From NCBI GenBank assembly GCA_951406725.2, contig OX597814.1, positions 87,296,001-87,360,000 of the forward strand: 64,000 nt of DNA. The letters are read 5' to 3'. Source of the stretch: Octopus vulgaris (taxonomy: Eukaryota). A program made the position numbers and the translations under genes. The notes beneath the pieces are model-generated. The model was not told the DNA's origin and ran no database searches. It saw only the letters and a list, made by a program, of their open reading frames with translations. Within the stretch, counting starts at the first letter, position 1; every line of letters begins with the position of its first letter. Below, piece after piece: positions 37,865-51,006 of this stretch.

Positions 37865-38545
37865 TTTAGTGGATCTTGCAAGCATGAAGTGGATTCGATC
37901 CACCATAGCCAAATTTAAATTAACACTGCAACAGAACTGTTCCCACAGTGGAACAATGGTTTTTCTCTGACAGTAGTTTTACATTTTCCAGATGCCTTTA
38001 GCTAGGCTGAAATAATGTCTTCCCCACTTGACCCTTTCTAACCTCTTCTACATCACCAAAAGCTAGAATAGATAACAAGACCACCAACTAAATCTATTGT
38101 TCTCAATAATATATCTATCCTTCTGGATCTTTATATAAGCAATCACACCCCAAGCAAAAATCAGTTAGTCACCAGCCGGTGACGACTCAACCAAGTTCGT
38201 CACATCGTGACGACTCAATTAGTTAGGGAACGGATTGCTAGAATCATGATCACAAGGAATACCTCCACTAAATATAATGGTCAGCGAGAGAAATGAAAAT
38301 TACTGTCAGCAGCTGTGAGACAACACCTTACAATTCTCTCTAGCTCTAATTCTGTTCTCTCACAACATCATTCTATCTGTCTCAGCAATTACTACTAAAC
38401 AATGAAGAGAACCCAAGCTCAAACTTTACTTCGCATGCTTTTGGATGTATCAAAACCTGCCCGTCGAGGCAAGGTATTTGTAACGTAACGGTAAATAAGC
38501 ATTTCCTTTAAAACTTCATGCCTTGTTCATCTTTCACATCCTACA
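37865..38545. mobile_element. Solo LTR (copy 1)
   Basis: Co-linear homologue of 55620-56310; termini T(T)TAG...CTACA. Confidence 0.7.
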
Positions 38546-38799
38546 GTATGCAATTATAACAACAACTTTTTATCATCACAACTGCTGACTCCGATATCCT
38601 CATAATATTCTTTACTAATCAATTTCTGCCGTTACATACCGGTCACCCTGACGATGGTCGGAGGTAATCATTATTTCATTAACTATTATCCTCTGAGAAA
38701 CCGTTTGGTATAATCAGTTGAAATGGATACTGCATACTTTGATTAAAATATTCAGCATAACTGCGGTCCAATGACTGAAACAAGTAAAAGATAACTTGT

Positions 38800-39660
38800 G
38801 ATTTCGATAAACTGCTGTTAGGAATGAATATATCTGCTTTGATTTGTGTTTCATGTGTGATGGTGGCTGTTCTGAGTTCTAGTTGTAAGAATATTTTCTG
38901 AATTCGTGAGTGGTGATAAGATTTTTAATTCAGTAGAGTTTTAATAATTTCATTTGTGCTGTATTTAAGATATTTTACACTATTTGTGTTATGTTTATAA
39001 AGTTTATTTTTTAACTGACATGTGATGGGGGTAACAACAACAACACTTCTTGTTTCTCTCGTTATTATTACTGTTAGTGCTTTTGTTATTTTGCCTATAA
39101 AATCGAGTTTTTGTTTCTGGATTATTTGTCAATGTAATTCTTTTGTGATTGTATGAATACTTCGGACGCTGTAGACACTTACCTTTATAAGCGTTTTAGA
39201 GCTCGCTTTGTGCAGGTTTTAAACTCATGTTATGAGAAATATTTCGTGTATGGGGTACATATCGTTTCACAGCCTTCTAGTTGTGATAACCTCGTCTTCT
39301 TTATTGGCTATTTTAAGAGGGCTGAGTATTTGGGCAAGATTTGGCTGCATTTCTAACTAGGGGGCAGACTAGTTCGTGTTGTCGTCCACGCTGTTATTCT
39401 TGTTGTTGCTGCTGATGTTTATGCGGGTGTTGCTGTTATTGTGCCTAGTGTTGCTGCTTTCTTGGTCAGAGATTGACTGCTAAAACGCTGCCACCACGTT
39501 CAATGCGAGAAGTGGTAGAAATACTGTTGTTTGCGAAGGTTACGGCGACGACGTTGGACATTCCATCCTTTGCTTCCCCTTTGGCAACAGTATGGCTGCA
39601 AGAAAACAAGCCTGTTAGTGTACTGTTGAAGTATAGGCTACCATGCTTAAAGTAGAGGTC
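38800..39660 (-). mobile_element. Highly degenerate LINE 5' remnant
   Basis: Strong A-rich strand skew and an ILQLE...DIFI remnant resembling the start of an APE endonuclease. Confidence 0.35.
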
Positions 39661-40375
39661 CAAAAATAACATTTAATCAAGTTGAAATTATGACCGTATT
39701 GAGAAGAGTCATTAGCGTTAACGAAAATTTATCTCAAAAGGAACAAAGAGAACTCCCGAAACGTCAACCGACTAAAAATTAAATGGAGACATACAGGATA
39801 AGAGTCTGGTTTCATGACATACTTAGGTCTTATTAAATCCTTTAACTGAAGCAAAATCTACTCACAGCTGCCAAGGTACTGGAACGATTAATGGATGTAG
39901 TTTTTTATGAGAAAATAATTCACTGATGAGGCGAATTTAGATGTCCTTTGAGTGTATGGCACTGCTCTCTTCATATAAAGTGTTGATTAGCACATTCATA
40001 TAGAGGCCCAAAATATCCATGTATAGGGTATCATCGCTGACAGCGATGAGATTGACTTTCTACCAGTTACATTACTCAGCTGTTAGGAAGCTGTGATCTG
40101 CAGATGCTAATCGCCCATTCTCGATCAGTAACGGTAACGAAGGAAGACAAAGAATTAAAGTAAGCTACCCCAATATATTGCACTTTTACTTTTTTTACTA
40201 GTTTCAGTCGTGGTAGCCGTACTGAAACACTACTTTCTAAGATTTTAGTCGATTCCATCGCCTATAGTTTTTTATTTTTATTTTTTATTTTAGTCTGGTC
40301 TATATTTTTTCTATATCGAAATATTACACCATGTCTAATACACAAAGTTTTGTTCCTCCTACGTTGATCCACAAT

Positions 40376-40406
<31 letters not shown>

Positions 40407-40549
40407 ACACACACATAGTGTGGTGGGTGGGAAGATTTTTATTTTAGCCAATTGTCTGAATTTATCAATGGGTAGCGTCAATAATGTATACGTATACAAT
40501 ATTGGAAATATATAACCTTTGACGTTGAAAGGATAAATAGTAACAAAAT

Positions 40550-41350
40550 TTCAGAAAATATTGCAAAGATCAGATCCTATATCAATCAGAGGTGAGTAGG
40601 AAGTAGAGGCAGAGGTGACAACTTGACAATCTATATCAGCAGAAGTATAATGTTCATTGCTACTTGCCTCCCTTCCGTAAATGTCTGAGGTTACTGAGGA
40701 GAACTGAGTCAGAAGCATGTGAGCCATCAATATCATCAGCAGGCTCAATGGTTGTAGCAGCGTCGAAAGATGATGAGTCAAATTTCAGTTAGTTTCCTTG
40801 CTGATGCGGCTTCTCTTAATGAGTTTTCTTAAGTCTCTAACATACTGGCAATATTGCTATATATCAGTTTCTGTTAACAAACTAAGGTACGAAATCATAT
40901 TATCAAGGGATTTTCGTGTAACAGTGAATTTGCTTTGCGGCAGGGATGGGAGTCATCATCAGGCTCTCTATCCCTGTTGTCACCAACGAGAATTTCCTCC
41001 AATATTTTTTTCTTCTTTGGTATCCAGGATCAGCCTCGGGATTTTCTTACTAAGTTCCGACCAATGTCATGTACTTCACCTGCCTGCTTCAGTATACTAG
41101 GGAATAAATTAAATCCTTCAAAATCGTAATCTATCTCCCCATTGTACAATAATTTTTCCAAACACTGGATAGACAGGCAAACTTCAATACTTCCGAGAAG
41201 CAGATAAATGAATATAGCTGACTTGAAGTTGTAGTTCATGACATTACTATGAGCTCTTTGTCTCAGTGAGTCTCCTATTAACTCGTCTGCTTTTATCGCC
41301 AAATGAACTTCGTTTTTATATCTTGTATAATCTTTTGGCAATAACAATTA
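40550..41350 (-). mobile_element. Highly degenerate CR1/L2-like LINE remnant
   Basis: KDYTRYKN...FNLFPSI...KSRG remnants resembling the linker/RT-start region. Confidence 0.35.
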
Positions 41351-41362
41351 TACCTTGGTTGG

Positions 41363-41583
41363 ATTTGGCGTTTGGTCATATTATTATGCGGAGAAAATCC
41401 CAGAAGAGAAGGACATCATGCTCGGAATGGTCAGTGGTAAGAGAGAAAGAGGCCGACCGAGAACCCGCTGGCTTGACACCATCAAAAGTGATACCGGAAT
41501 GGACAATCTGAAAGAAGCGGCCCAGGATAGAACTGACTGGAGGACACTGATCCACCGAATAACCGAGAGTCGTCGACTGAGCG
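41363..41583 (+). mobile_element. RTE/BovB-like LINE 3' end
   Basis: FGHI...EKDIMLGMVSGKRERGRPRTRWLDTIK...LKEAAQDRTDWRTLIHRITESRRLSG followed by (GATA)n. Confidence 0.88.
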
Positions 41584-41655
<72 letters not shown>

Positions 41656-42634
41656 TGTTTCTTTATTAGCACACAGGGCTGCACACAGATAGAACAAATT
41701 ACAAGGTAGAGCTTTTCTTTTGAAGGTTTAAAAAAAAATGAATAAATAAATAAAAAATAAAAAAAAAATAAAATAAAATAAAAAAGGGGGGGTCGATCAA
41801 AAGGGATCGTAAAAGGAGAGAAAGAGGACAAAAAAAAAGGGGGGGGGGTAAAAAAAAAAGGGGGAGAGGAAAAAAAATTGATCAATAGGGATCGTTATCA
41901 CAGAAATGTCAATATGAAGTGTAAAGGGGAGGACAGGTGAGGTTTACCCGTGGAAAGAAAAGCCTACGGAAAAGACCACGGTAACCTCGGTCAATGAAGT
42001 CACATGTTATATTTCTTTTTTTTTTTTTTGCAAATAAGCAACTCTCTGTATTAATTTTTACGGTTCATAGAATCATAGTCAAGGTGGCTTCGTCATTCAT
42101 ACGTGCCATCCTTGCTACATTCACCCATCTTTTTTTAAAACATTCACTAGACAAAACTTGCCTCTCTACTCTCACTTTTTTCTTCAAGTGATACTTGAAG
42201 AAGTTGATGAGAGATTGACCAGAGAGGAAAGTGTTTGTCTCTAATCCTTTCAGACGCGTCCACCAGATACATTCTTTCGCCATAGCCACAAGTATGATAA
42301 AAATAGCTCTTCCTTCCCGTTTGAAGGAAGGAGGCGTGACGATATTAACGATAGACTCGGCTGACAAACCGACACGTCCCACACGTGACAGCAGTCGTTC
42401 GACATAAGCCCACAGGTGGGAAATTGCTGGACACTGCACGATTGCGTGCAGAGCGGTTTCGTCGCTCTGCCCGCATCTCGGGCAGGTCGGCCCCGTGTTT
42501 CTCGAGCCATGCCTATAGAGCTTATCCCGAACGGGTAGCGCTTCTCGGTAGCACCGCCAGGCCAGGGATCTCTGGAAGTTGTCCATAGGTCCCGGGCCGA
42601 AAGTCGTTTGAAACAGGCGGGTCAGGTATTCCTC
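41656..42634 (-). mobile_element. Tx1-clade LINE 3' fragment inside a (GATA)n array
   Basis: Uninterrupted 173-aa ORF 42065-42586 with CPRCGQSDETALHAIVQC zinc knuckle; homologous to 20290-21130; (GATA)n on both sides. Confidence 0.92.
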
Positions 42635-42713
<79 letters not shown>

Positions 42714-43438
42714 GGATTTAGCAGTAATATTCGGTGGCAAGCTCATGCATCTTATTTTACCGCTCTTATTAAGCATGTTATTGATCCATTCTAGATTTAT
42801 TGCACTCTCTCCACTATCCAGTCTATTTCTGTACGTTGGCAGATTCTGTTGGTAGCCACGGTGGGGGTACCCAGGTAGGCTCGTTGGCTGATATTCTTTT
42901 TGTGCTTATCGTCAGTGCTGTGCATTGCAACTCAGTATTTTTGGAACAATGAGGCTACTGTGTTGAAGCTTATTCTTGTTCGGACTCGTTTAGGCTGTTT
43001 TATAGTACACTAGGTATTGTAAATGTGTCTGGATGGTTGTGAGTGGTGTATCGTGAGGTGACGGATACAGAAAGAGGTTGAAGCTTGCTGCGGCAGTAAA
43101 ATGTACTCCTCAAATGTTCAAAGACTTATCCATTTTTAGTATTTTTGTTTCGTTGAACTAGTCTGCGGATGTGATGTGTGAATATGTTATCGTGCGTGGA
43201 AACATTTTTGTGAACTTTGTTGTTAATTGTGATTTGTTGTGGCGAGATGAAGGTCAAGGTAGGACTAGTATAAGCCATGATGTATCTAATGCATTATTTG
43301 TACAACGTTTTGTTTTTGTTGGGCAATGGCAGTAGCTATGATTGCATTAAATGTGTGCATAGCTTTGCTTTCTTTACTGTCTTCTACTGTCATGTAAACA
43401 TTGAGGGTGAATAGTTTGTAACTCTTGGTATATTTGTC

Positions 43439-43507
<69 letters not shown>

Positions 43508-43601
43508 TGTGTGTGTGTGTTTCCGTGCGTACGGTGATTGGTCGGATGTAATGTTCTCGAGTGTTGTTGGTAAGACGGGAGTTTGTTGTAGAACAAGGCT
43601 T

Positions 43602-43825
43602 GGCGATCTTTCGTCTCTAGTAGACCTTTCCGTAGATTTCCGTAAAATTTTTTTTTTTTTTACATATGGGCTTGCGGGAACTTTTGAAGTAATATACATA
43701 CATATACACATACACCGAGTAAAAAATTTCAGTTATTTCTCTCTTTCACACATTACTCTGTCTCTTCACACACACTAACAGAAGCACTTCACTTACACAA
43801 CATACTGTCTGTCTCCCACACCCAT

Positions 43826-43864
<39 letters not shown>

Positions 43865-44039
43865 TACATCAATGCTTCCCCTGGACGGTAACTTCAAAAG
43901 AACTTCCCTTGTCATACAATCGCTTTCTCTTAGTCTCTTTCGCTCTCATTACTTCAAAAGTTCCCGCAAGCCCATATGTAAAAAAAAAAAAAATTTTACG
44001 GAAATCGACGGAAAGGTCTACTAGAGACGAAAGATTGCC
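43602..44039. mobile_element. MITE with ~92-bp TIRs and 8-bp TSD (Merlin-like)
   Basis: GGCGATCTTTCGTCTCTAGTAGACCTTTCC...GAAGTAAT and its reverse complement; TSD CAAGGCTT at 43594-43601 and 44040-44047. Confidence 0.92.
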
Positions 44040-44894
44040 CAAGGCTTTTTTAGTGACTTCAGTAAGATTAGAGTAATTGTGCAGCAGCTCCAAAGGATCA
44101 GGGAAAGTTGTATGTAATGTTATCTGCGCATGTTTGTATTGCTTTGTTGTGGCGTAGAAAAGTCGTGTGTGCAGAGTATGAATAAAATGGGTGAGAAGAC
44201 GGAATACTGAAAAACTCCTTCAGAAAATTGCCGGATAGTAGAGGGGAGGAAAAGTTGTATATTAACGCACACTTGTTGGTCTGACTGGTATTTCGTTATC
44301 CAGTGTCTTGTGATGTTTATTAATGTGATGCAGAATTTTTATTACATGAGTGGGTAACGGAGGATGGGGTCAAAAGCTTTGTTGATATGGAAAATAGAAG
44401 GTTATGTGTAAATTTGTTGTTGCTGTTATTGATGTCATACGTTTTCTGTTAGGTTTGTGAGTAACTTCGTAGTTGAGTGTAGTGATCTGAATCTGTGATT
44501 TTGAGAGGGAAGTGTGTACGTTAGTGATGTCAAGGTTTAGCTTTTCTAGTATTTATGAATGCGCGTATCGGGTGATAAGTCTGTATGGTATTACTTGGTT
44601 TATGTTTTTATTCTGAGTCAGAAATTTTGTAATTTTGTCCAGCATCTAGATACTGGAAATCTGATAGTGTTGATACACGAACTTATAAATGTTGGTGGGA
44701 GCAGCACGGCTGTTTTAGTTGCATGTCTTGTGATTTTGTTTCGTATTGGTGCTTTTCACTTTTTAGATTTCCCTATTTGTTTTGAAGTGTCTGGCGAGAG
44801 GAAGCATTTAAAATCATGGTCTGAGTGGAAGATGCGCATGTATGTTTTCCTGTTTGCCTTTTTTGTGACGCTTTAGTGACTGATTTTCGAGAAA

Positions 44895-45411
44895 TCTATA
44901 TATATAAAACTGTAGTTGTGTGAGTGTCTGTCTCCTACGATTTAGATTCCTAACTCCTCCCACATTTTGCGGTGCAGTTTAACCAAATTCGGGTATCTTA
45001 TAGTCGTGATTAATATCAAGCCCGTCTGGCTATTAGCGCGCGTCTACGATGAGTCTACGATTTTAAAAATAATTTAACATCATTTTTTATTCCATTTTAA
45101 TGCATAATTTTTCGTGTGTCGATGGCGGCGGAGTTGGCGTCCACGCTCAAACACCTGCACCTGTGTTTGCTTCTCCCCCTTCTTCCCTCCCTCGTGAAGC
45201 TGTGGGGAAGGGAGTTTAAAGAAATCAACGTCGTAATGCGTTGTCAAGGAGACCAGCGTTCTTTTAGAACAACGACTTCATGGCTTGAAGATACCAAAAC
45301 AGAAATGGCTAAGAAAGCCCGAATTGGCATCTATAAAGGAAGTAACTCTCTAAAAATGCTTATATAGTTATTTCCCTTACAAACCCGAGCAACGCCGGGC
45401 GATACTGCTAG
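44895..45411 (+). mobile_element. Non-autonomous Helitron, complete
   Basis: a|TCTATATATATAAAA 5' end; 3' hairpin CCCGAGCAACGCCGGG then CTAG|t; inserted between A and T with no TSD. Confidence 0.88.
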
Positions 45412-46619
45412 TTTCTGATAAGAGCGTTCGCCTGGTTTTGCGGCGTGGGTACATTATTTGAGGTTGTTATTGTGATATATGTGGTGTTAACTTTGTTGTT
45501 GACAATAATGATGATGTTAATTACTGTATATACCATTTTACTGTATGTTTTATGGTTTATGTTGGATAGAAATGCTTACCAGATTCTTTTTTTATCTTGT
45601 AGTCTACTCCCTTTTCTCATTTTCTTGTTTAATTGTTTGATGTTGAGTTTATTTCGGTCGTATATGGTTTTGGTGTATTGTGTTTGATGCTGTCACTATT
45701 TTTTATGTGGTTGGCAATTTCTGTATGTTATATTTATTTATACTGCCTTGTGGAATATGTTTTTTAGATGTGTCTGTAATTACTTTTTTAAACGCGTGTA
45801 CTGCTGCATCTCTGTCGGTGGTGGGGATGTTTTGGGATTCTGAAGGACTTGATTCTCTTCCGCGTTTTTGAAAGTGCTGAATGTGTTTTTACTTTCATCA
45901 TTGATATCCGATCATTTGTGATGATAACTGGTAGGTGGTCTGAGAAAAGTCGAGGAATTGCTTGCCAAGTGGTTGTGCTAGCTAAGAGTGAGGGGCAGAA
46001 GCGGGTATCTGGAGTATAGTTGTAGCTGGTTTAGTGAGGTTTTATCATAACAGAGTGTATCAGTGAAACTAATGTCTGTGGAAGTATTCATCGAACGAGT
46101 GAGCAAAAGAAGTGACATGGGTAGCAGTAGAGGATACTGAATGTGCAGACAAATGAGTAAGTATAATGCTAGGGATAGAAAAGAATATATTGATACATGA
46201 GGTAGCAGTAAGAAAACAATGAAATTGTACCCGAAAATTACCTGTAAGAGTGAGGTCATGAATATGTATGGAAGCTTGTACTATAATGGAAACAAAGATA
46301 ACTGAAAGAAGCTGGGCGAATTCTGGAGGGAAAGGTAGAAATTCAGAAGGATTTGAAGTGAATATTCATGATTCTGGTAGCCTAAGCCTTACAGTATCCA
46401 TCAACAGGAAATACGAACTCTAAACCACTGGCCGCCGACAATTCGAACATACCACCTTAGCATCAGCTGCTCTCTTGCACTGGTTGCACCAAGGACAGCG
46501 TCATCAACCTCCAAGAGCAGGGTCACCATCCATCAACTACCAGCATACGCGTTGTCTGACCCCCACAGCCTTGTGCAGTCTCTCCCATCCAAATACTTAA
46601 TTCCGTCTCCATATACAGG

Positions 46620-47310
46620 GTGCGCATGCATAAGCAACTACATATGAACACACACACAAGCATCTACGTGTACGCATCCCCATATGCCCAAACACCCACA
46701 ACCTCACACGCCCACATTCGTACACACCGACGTACGTTCTCGCATACACCCTCCCCCAAACGTATACACACACACAAGCATGCGCGCGCAACCACATGTG
46801 AACACACACACAAGCATCTACGTGTGCATACACCCCTCATGTGCCACCTCACACACCCGCATACACTATCGTACACCCCACCACACACACACACACGTAT
46901 ATACACGCACACATGCGTGCACACACATGCTCACGTATATACACACACAAACTCGTAAGCACATAAACGCACGCACGTGCGTGCACACACATAAGCACAG
47001 ACGCACAGACGCACAGACGCACACACGCACTGTACACATAAATACCGCAGCAGCCATGCCAGCGCACGCACACGCACACACCCACATACGCACGCACACG
47101 CACACACCCACATACACACACACAGATATACACATACACGCATGCGTACACATACGTACACACATACATATATACACACACACATGCACACATACGTACA
47201 TATGTGCACGCGCACGCTCACAAACTTACACATACACACACACACACACACACATACACACACGTATATACGCACGCGCGCACACACGTACACAAACTTA
47301 CACACGCACC
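46620..47310. repeat. Cryptic (CA)-rich low-complexity tract with ~154-bp internal duplication
   Basis: GAACACACACACAAGCATCTACGTGT occurs at ~46646 and ~46800. Confidence 0.85.
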
Positions 47311-47409
47311 TGCCCAATCACATCATCAAAGATACTCACTTTGCTGGTGGAACCGGTGTCATTTACCAAGTACCGTTATTCCCCGCAACACCATGTGACA
47401 CTCTTTGAC

Positions 47410-47845
47410 CAATAGCAACTCATCTTCTGGCAGCCATATTGGACTATCTGGACCTTCTCATTCAGCTATTCCAAGCCTTGGAGGAGACGGGCTCCGTTAG
47501 AAGCCTTCGAAACTTGAACTGGTACGCAAACTGAATCAAACTGTTTTAAATAATACCTGTAACTCTTTCTAAATGTGTTGGGTACCCTTCTCTTTCATTT
47601 GTCCACTCACTCATACAATTGCCCCAGACTGTTGAGTTCAATCCATGAACGTCTGGCTTACAGTTTGCAATGGAGAGGCAATCACTGCCGTACTCGCTGA
47701 GGAATATCCAAATACCTCCAAGGAAAATCTGTTTGACGCAACTCACGGAGAAAACTGAAAGCGTCATCAAGCGCGTGCGCTGGAAGGCTTTCTTCTACGA
47801 GAATCCACCCACTACTACATCTGCATACAGGTTCGGCTTCAAATC
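47410..47845 (+). mobile_element. Penelope-like element 5' fragment
   Basis: [19 protein letters not shown]...[19 protein letters not shown]...FGFKS resembles Penelope ORF N-termini; degenerate hammerhead-like motif upstream (~47477-47524). Confidence 0.7.
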
Positions 47846-47884
47846 TATATACATACATCATACATACATACATACATACATACA

Positions 47885-47916
<32 letters not shown>

Positions 47917-48034
47917 CATATACACATACATATATATATATGTATATATACACACACACGTATATAACGTATATATATATGTGTGTATATACATCTATAT
48001 ATATATGTACATACATGTATATATATATATATAT

Positions 48035-48085
<51 letters not shown>

Positions 48086-48122
48086 GATATATACATATAT
48101 GTACGTATATATAGATGTACAT

Positions 48123-48155
<33 letters not shown>

Positions 48156-49649
48156 ATATATATATATATATATTTTACTTGATCTGTCCCCCTTCTTTTC
48201 TCTCTACTATACTACGGTCATCTTCGACACCCTCCTTTCTGATTCTTCTTCTCTCTCTTCTTGTTGGTTGTCCCTCCTCTCTCTCTCTCTCTTCCTTTCT
48301 TCTCTTTCTTTTTCCTCTCTGTCACGTGACTGTGCCGAAATTGCTTAGTTCGCCCTCGTCTTGTTATCTTTTTCGTCCACTATAAAGGCTTTTCCATTGA
48401 GAGAAAAATTTGTATCGTCTGACACTTTTTCACCGTTAATGCTTCTGTATTTCATGTTCTGTATTCCTTGTTTTTTTCTTCCTTGCTGTCCTGGTGTTCG
48501 TATGCATATCTTCTTCAAAATATGATGGCCATCCACTCATGACCAAGGAAGACCATTGCTGACCTTTAGGAATTTTGTGCGTTCTAGAACTAACCGATAT
48601 TTTGCATTTGCGGCTCCGTTGGTGGCTAATGACCCTACTCTTGACAAACATACACGACAACAAACATTGCAAGCCAAGCGTTCCCCATTCACTACACTAG
48701 TGCGCTTTCGAGCAACACACTTAAATTTTTCATGCAGAATACGTGTTCTCTCAAAGGCATCGACCCCTCCTTAACCTGCTTCCTCCATCTGTAGTGATGA
48801 CAAGCATTGCTCTCCCAGTCGGTCTCCTGCATTTCACAGGCCTTTAATGAGGACTTGACACAGTCCTTAAATCACATCTTTGGTTTCTGCTGGGGTCTCT
48901 TTCCACTAACAAGTTCCCCATATAGAATCTGTTTAGGAATCCTGCTGTCCTTCTTTCTAATAAGTTTGCGATATATATACACACACTGATTTAACAGAGG
49001 AAAGCGGGGGCGAAACAAGGGCGATAATACAGTGACACGTATGTATTTTAAAGACTTTCTGTTTAGTATTCAACAGAACTAATATAGAAACCTAACATAG
49101 AAGAATGAATATGTTAGTTGTTCATCCTTATCCCAAATGTACTCAAAGCCTAAGAGGAGCTTTAGCATTTTTCAGTTGCTGCCATGAAGGAAATTTTGAC
49201 TTCTTAAATTTAATTTTCATTGTTTGAAAAGATAATATTAGGTTATACTCTATGCTATATGCAGAAAGAAGTCTCTTATGTCTGTTATTTAAAGACATGA
49301 TTGATGAAACGCTTGATGGCCGTACGTTCAAGGACATGATCCAGTTACTGAAAAAGAAATTCATACACACATACATACAAATATAAACACATTACACACC
49401 CGCAGAAACATATACATACATGCATTTGTGTGTGTGTGTGCGTGTGCTAAAAAGGTTCTCTAGCTTGAATCTGTACAGGACAAATGTCTTCAAGCCGTTT
49501 GAAAAACTGAATATTAAGATTTCTAACTTCATTGTCTTGATAGGGCATCATATTTAAACATCATTCATAGGATTTGGCGTGATTTTTCTTTTTCTTTTTT
49601 ATCCTAGATAACAAGAACAACTGTATTTGTACTTAAGAGATATTTCCCT

Positions 49650-50990
49650 AACCTTAGACGTCAGAGATTCCGAGTCTTAAAACCCTGGAAGTTTATTTAT
49701 TTGATTGAGTGTGAAAGGATCCTGGTATCTAATTTCGCTCTCTGAATACGGGGTCAAACTACCAGTTATAGGTTTCCAAGAATATTTACTAACCATTTGC
49801 CTACTGTGTAAACTAAAGCTCCCCTTGAATATCTTTCACATCCTGGTACCACAATTAGCTTTTCAAAACTATATCTGCTCAAGACCAATTTTTTAAAGTG
49901 TTTTCGATCTTATCTGTAATAAGAATTTAGAAAAGATTATCACTTATGAGTTTCACCATTCACTAAGCACTGAGATTAAAAGTTTTCTGTCTTAAGTGTG
50001 TCAATAGAGCTCTTTCCGATCGGAATATTTCTACCTACACTCTTCCTTTACCTATACGCCACCGCATACATTCTTGCTGTCTCTCGCTTCCTGTTTTTAT
50101 TCTTTCGCCAAAACATATTTTTGATTAAGTAGCATGAACAGGAACAACCACTACTCAGAAAAGTCTCTATAATAGGGATATGCAATATCCATTTCCAGAA
50201 AATATCTTCAACTCTATGATTAAAATAGCTAAAATGTTCACACTTCTTCCAAATTCCAGTCGTCCTATTTCCTGACGACCTTTCATTACTTTCACAAATA
50301 TATCTATCAGCGAAAGTTGCAACATAAAAAGTTAGGTTTGATTTTCAGTAACATGAAAATTTATCAGTTCTGAATAGTTACTAAGTAGAAATACAACTTA
50401 AACCATAGAACTGCTTAAATATTCAGGAAACTGAGAACCAAGCGTAATCACTTGTAATTGTCAATCATAGGCTCCCCGATAAGATGCATCTTCTGCTACC
50501 TCTATGACAATTCTATTAATCTGAGTGTCCCAATTAAGCACCAATCTACATCAAACCACATGATGAATATGTTTTGCTTCATAGCATCACTGTTATTGGA
50601 TAGCCTCTTAAAGTCTGCTAATCCCTTCGTCCACTTTTTACTCTCCAGATCATCATCTGTTTTGAATTTAATCAACAGCGATATCATTCATTATGTCTCT
50701 TGAATCTACTCCCATCCGAAGTTTTTTTCTTTTTTTTTCAAACAAAACTACAGCAGTATCATCCTCACTGAGTTGTTCACATGTATCAGTCTTGAAAGAC
50801 TTAAAAAGGAAATTGTCATTAAACTTACACAAAAATGAAAGTACATGAATTAGGTATTTTCTCACAGTCAAAAACATGCAAGCAATAACGAACTCCTTTA
50901 TAAGTACCTTATTTACTCAGTCAGTTCTCTATAAATTACTACAAATTAAAAATATTTTAGAGCCACCGTTTAGGGTGGCTTTCTTAATCC
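49650..50990 (-). mobile_element. Very old CR1/L2-like LINE remnant (ORF1/APE region)
   Basis: Scattered remnants such as LEMDIA and RDSKNVCGGV resembling APE motifs; many stops. Confidence 0.35.
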
Positions 50991-51006
50991 ACAATCTTCT
51001 TTATAG

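Larger units (their letters stand above)
42750..45980 (-). mobile_element. Old I/Jockey-like LINE ORF2 interrupted by a MITE and a Helitron
   Basis: Minus-strand motifs in order: TTWQAIPRLFSDHLPVII (APE end, ~45930), INKAFD (~44370), GVFQYSVFSPILF (~44200), CADNIT (~44120). Confidence 0.75.

Noticed and set aside
39177-39182. Strong minus-strand donor (AAG|GTAAGT) as the carboxypeptidase first exon
   Set aside because: The upstream sequence has no ATG-initiated signal peptide and lies in a decayed LINE-like region.
39923-39960. CTGATGAG motif (also CTGAAGA at ~6775 and a minus-strand CTGAAGG..CGAAA at ~13160-13200) as hammerheads
   Set aside because: No properly placed GAAA with pairing stems II and III.
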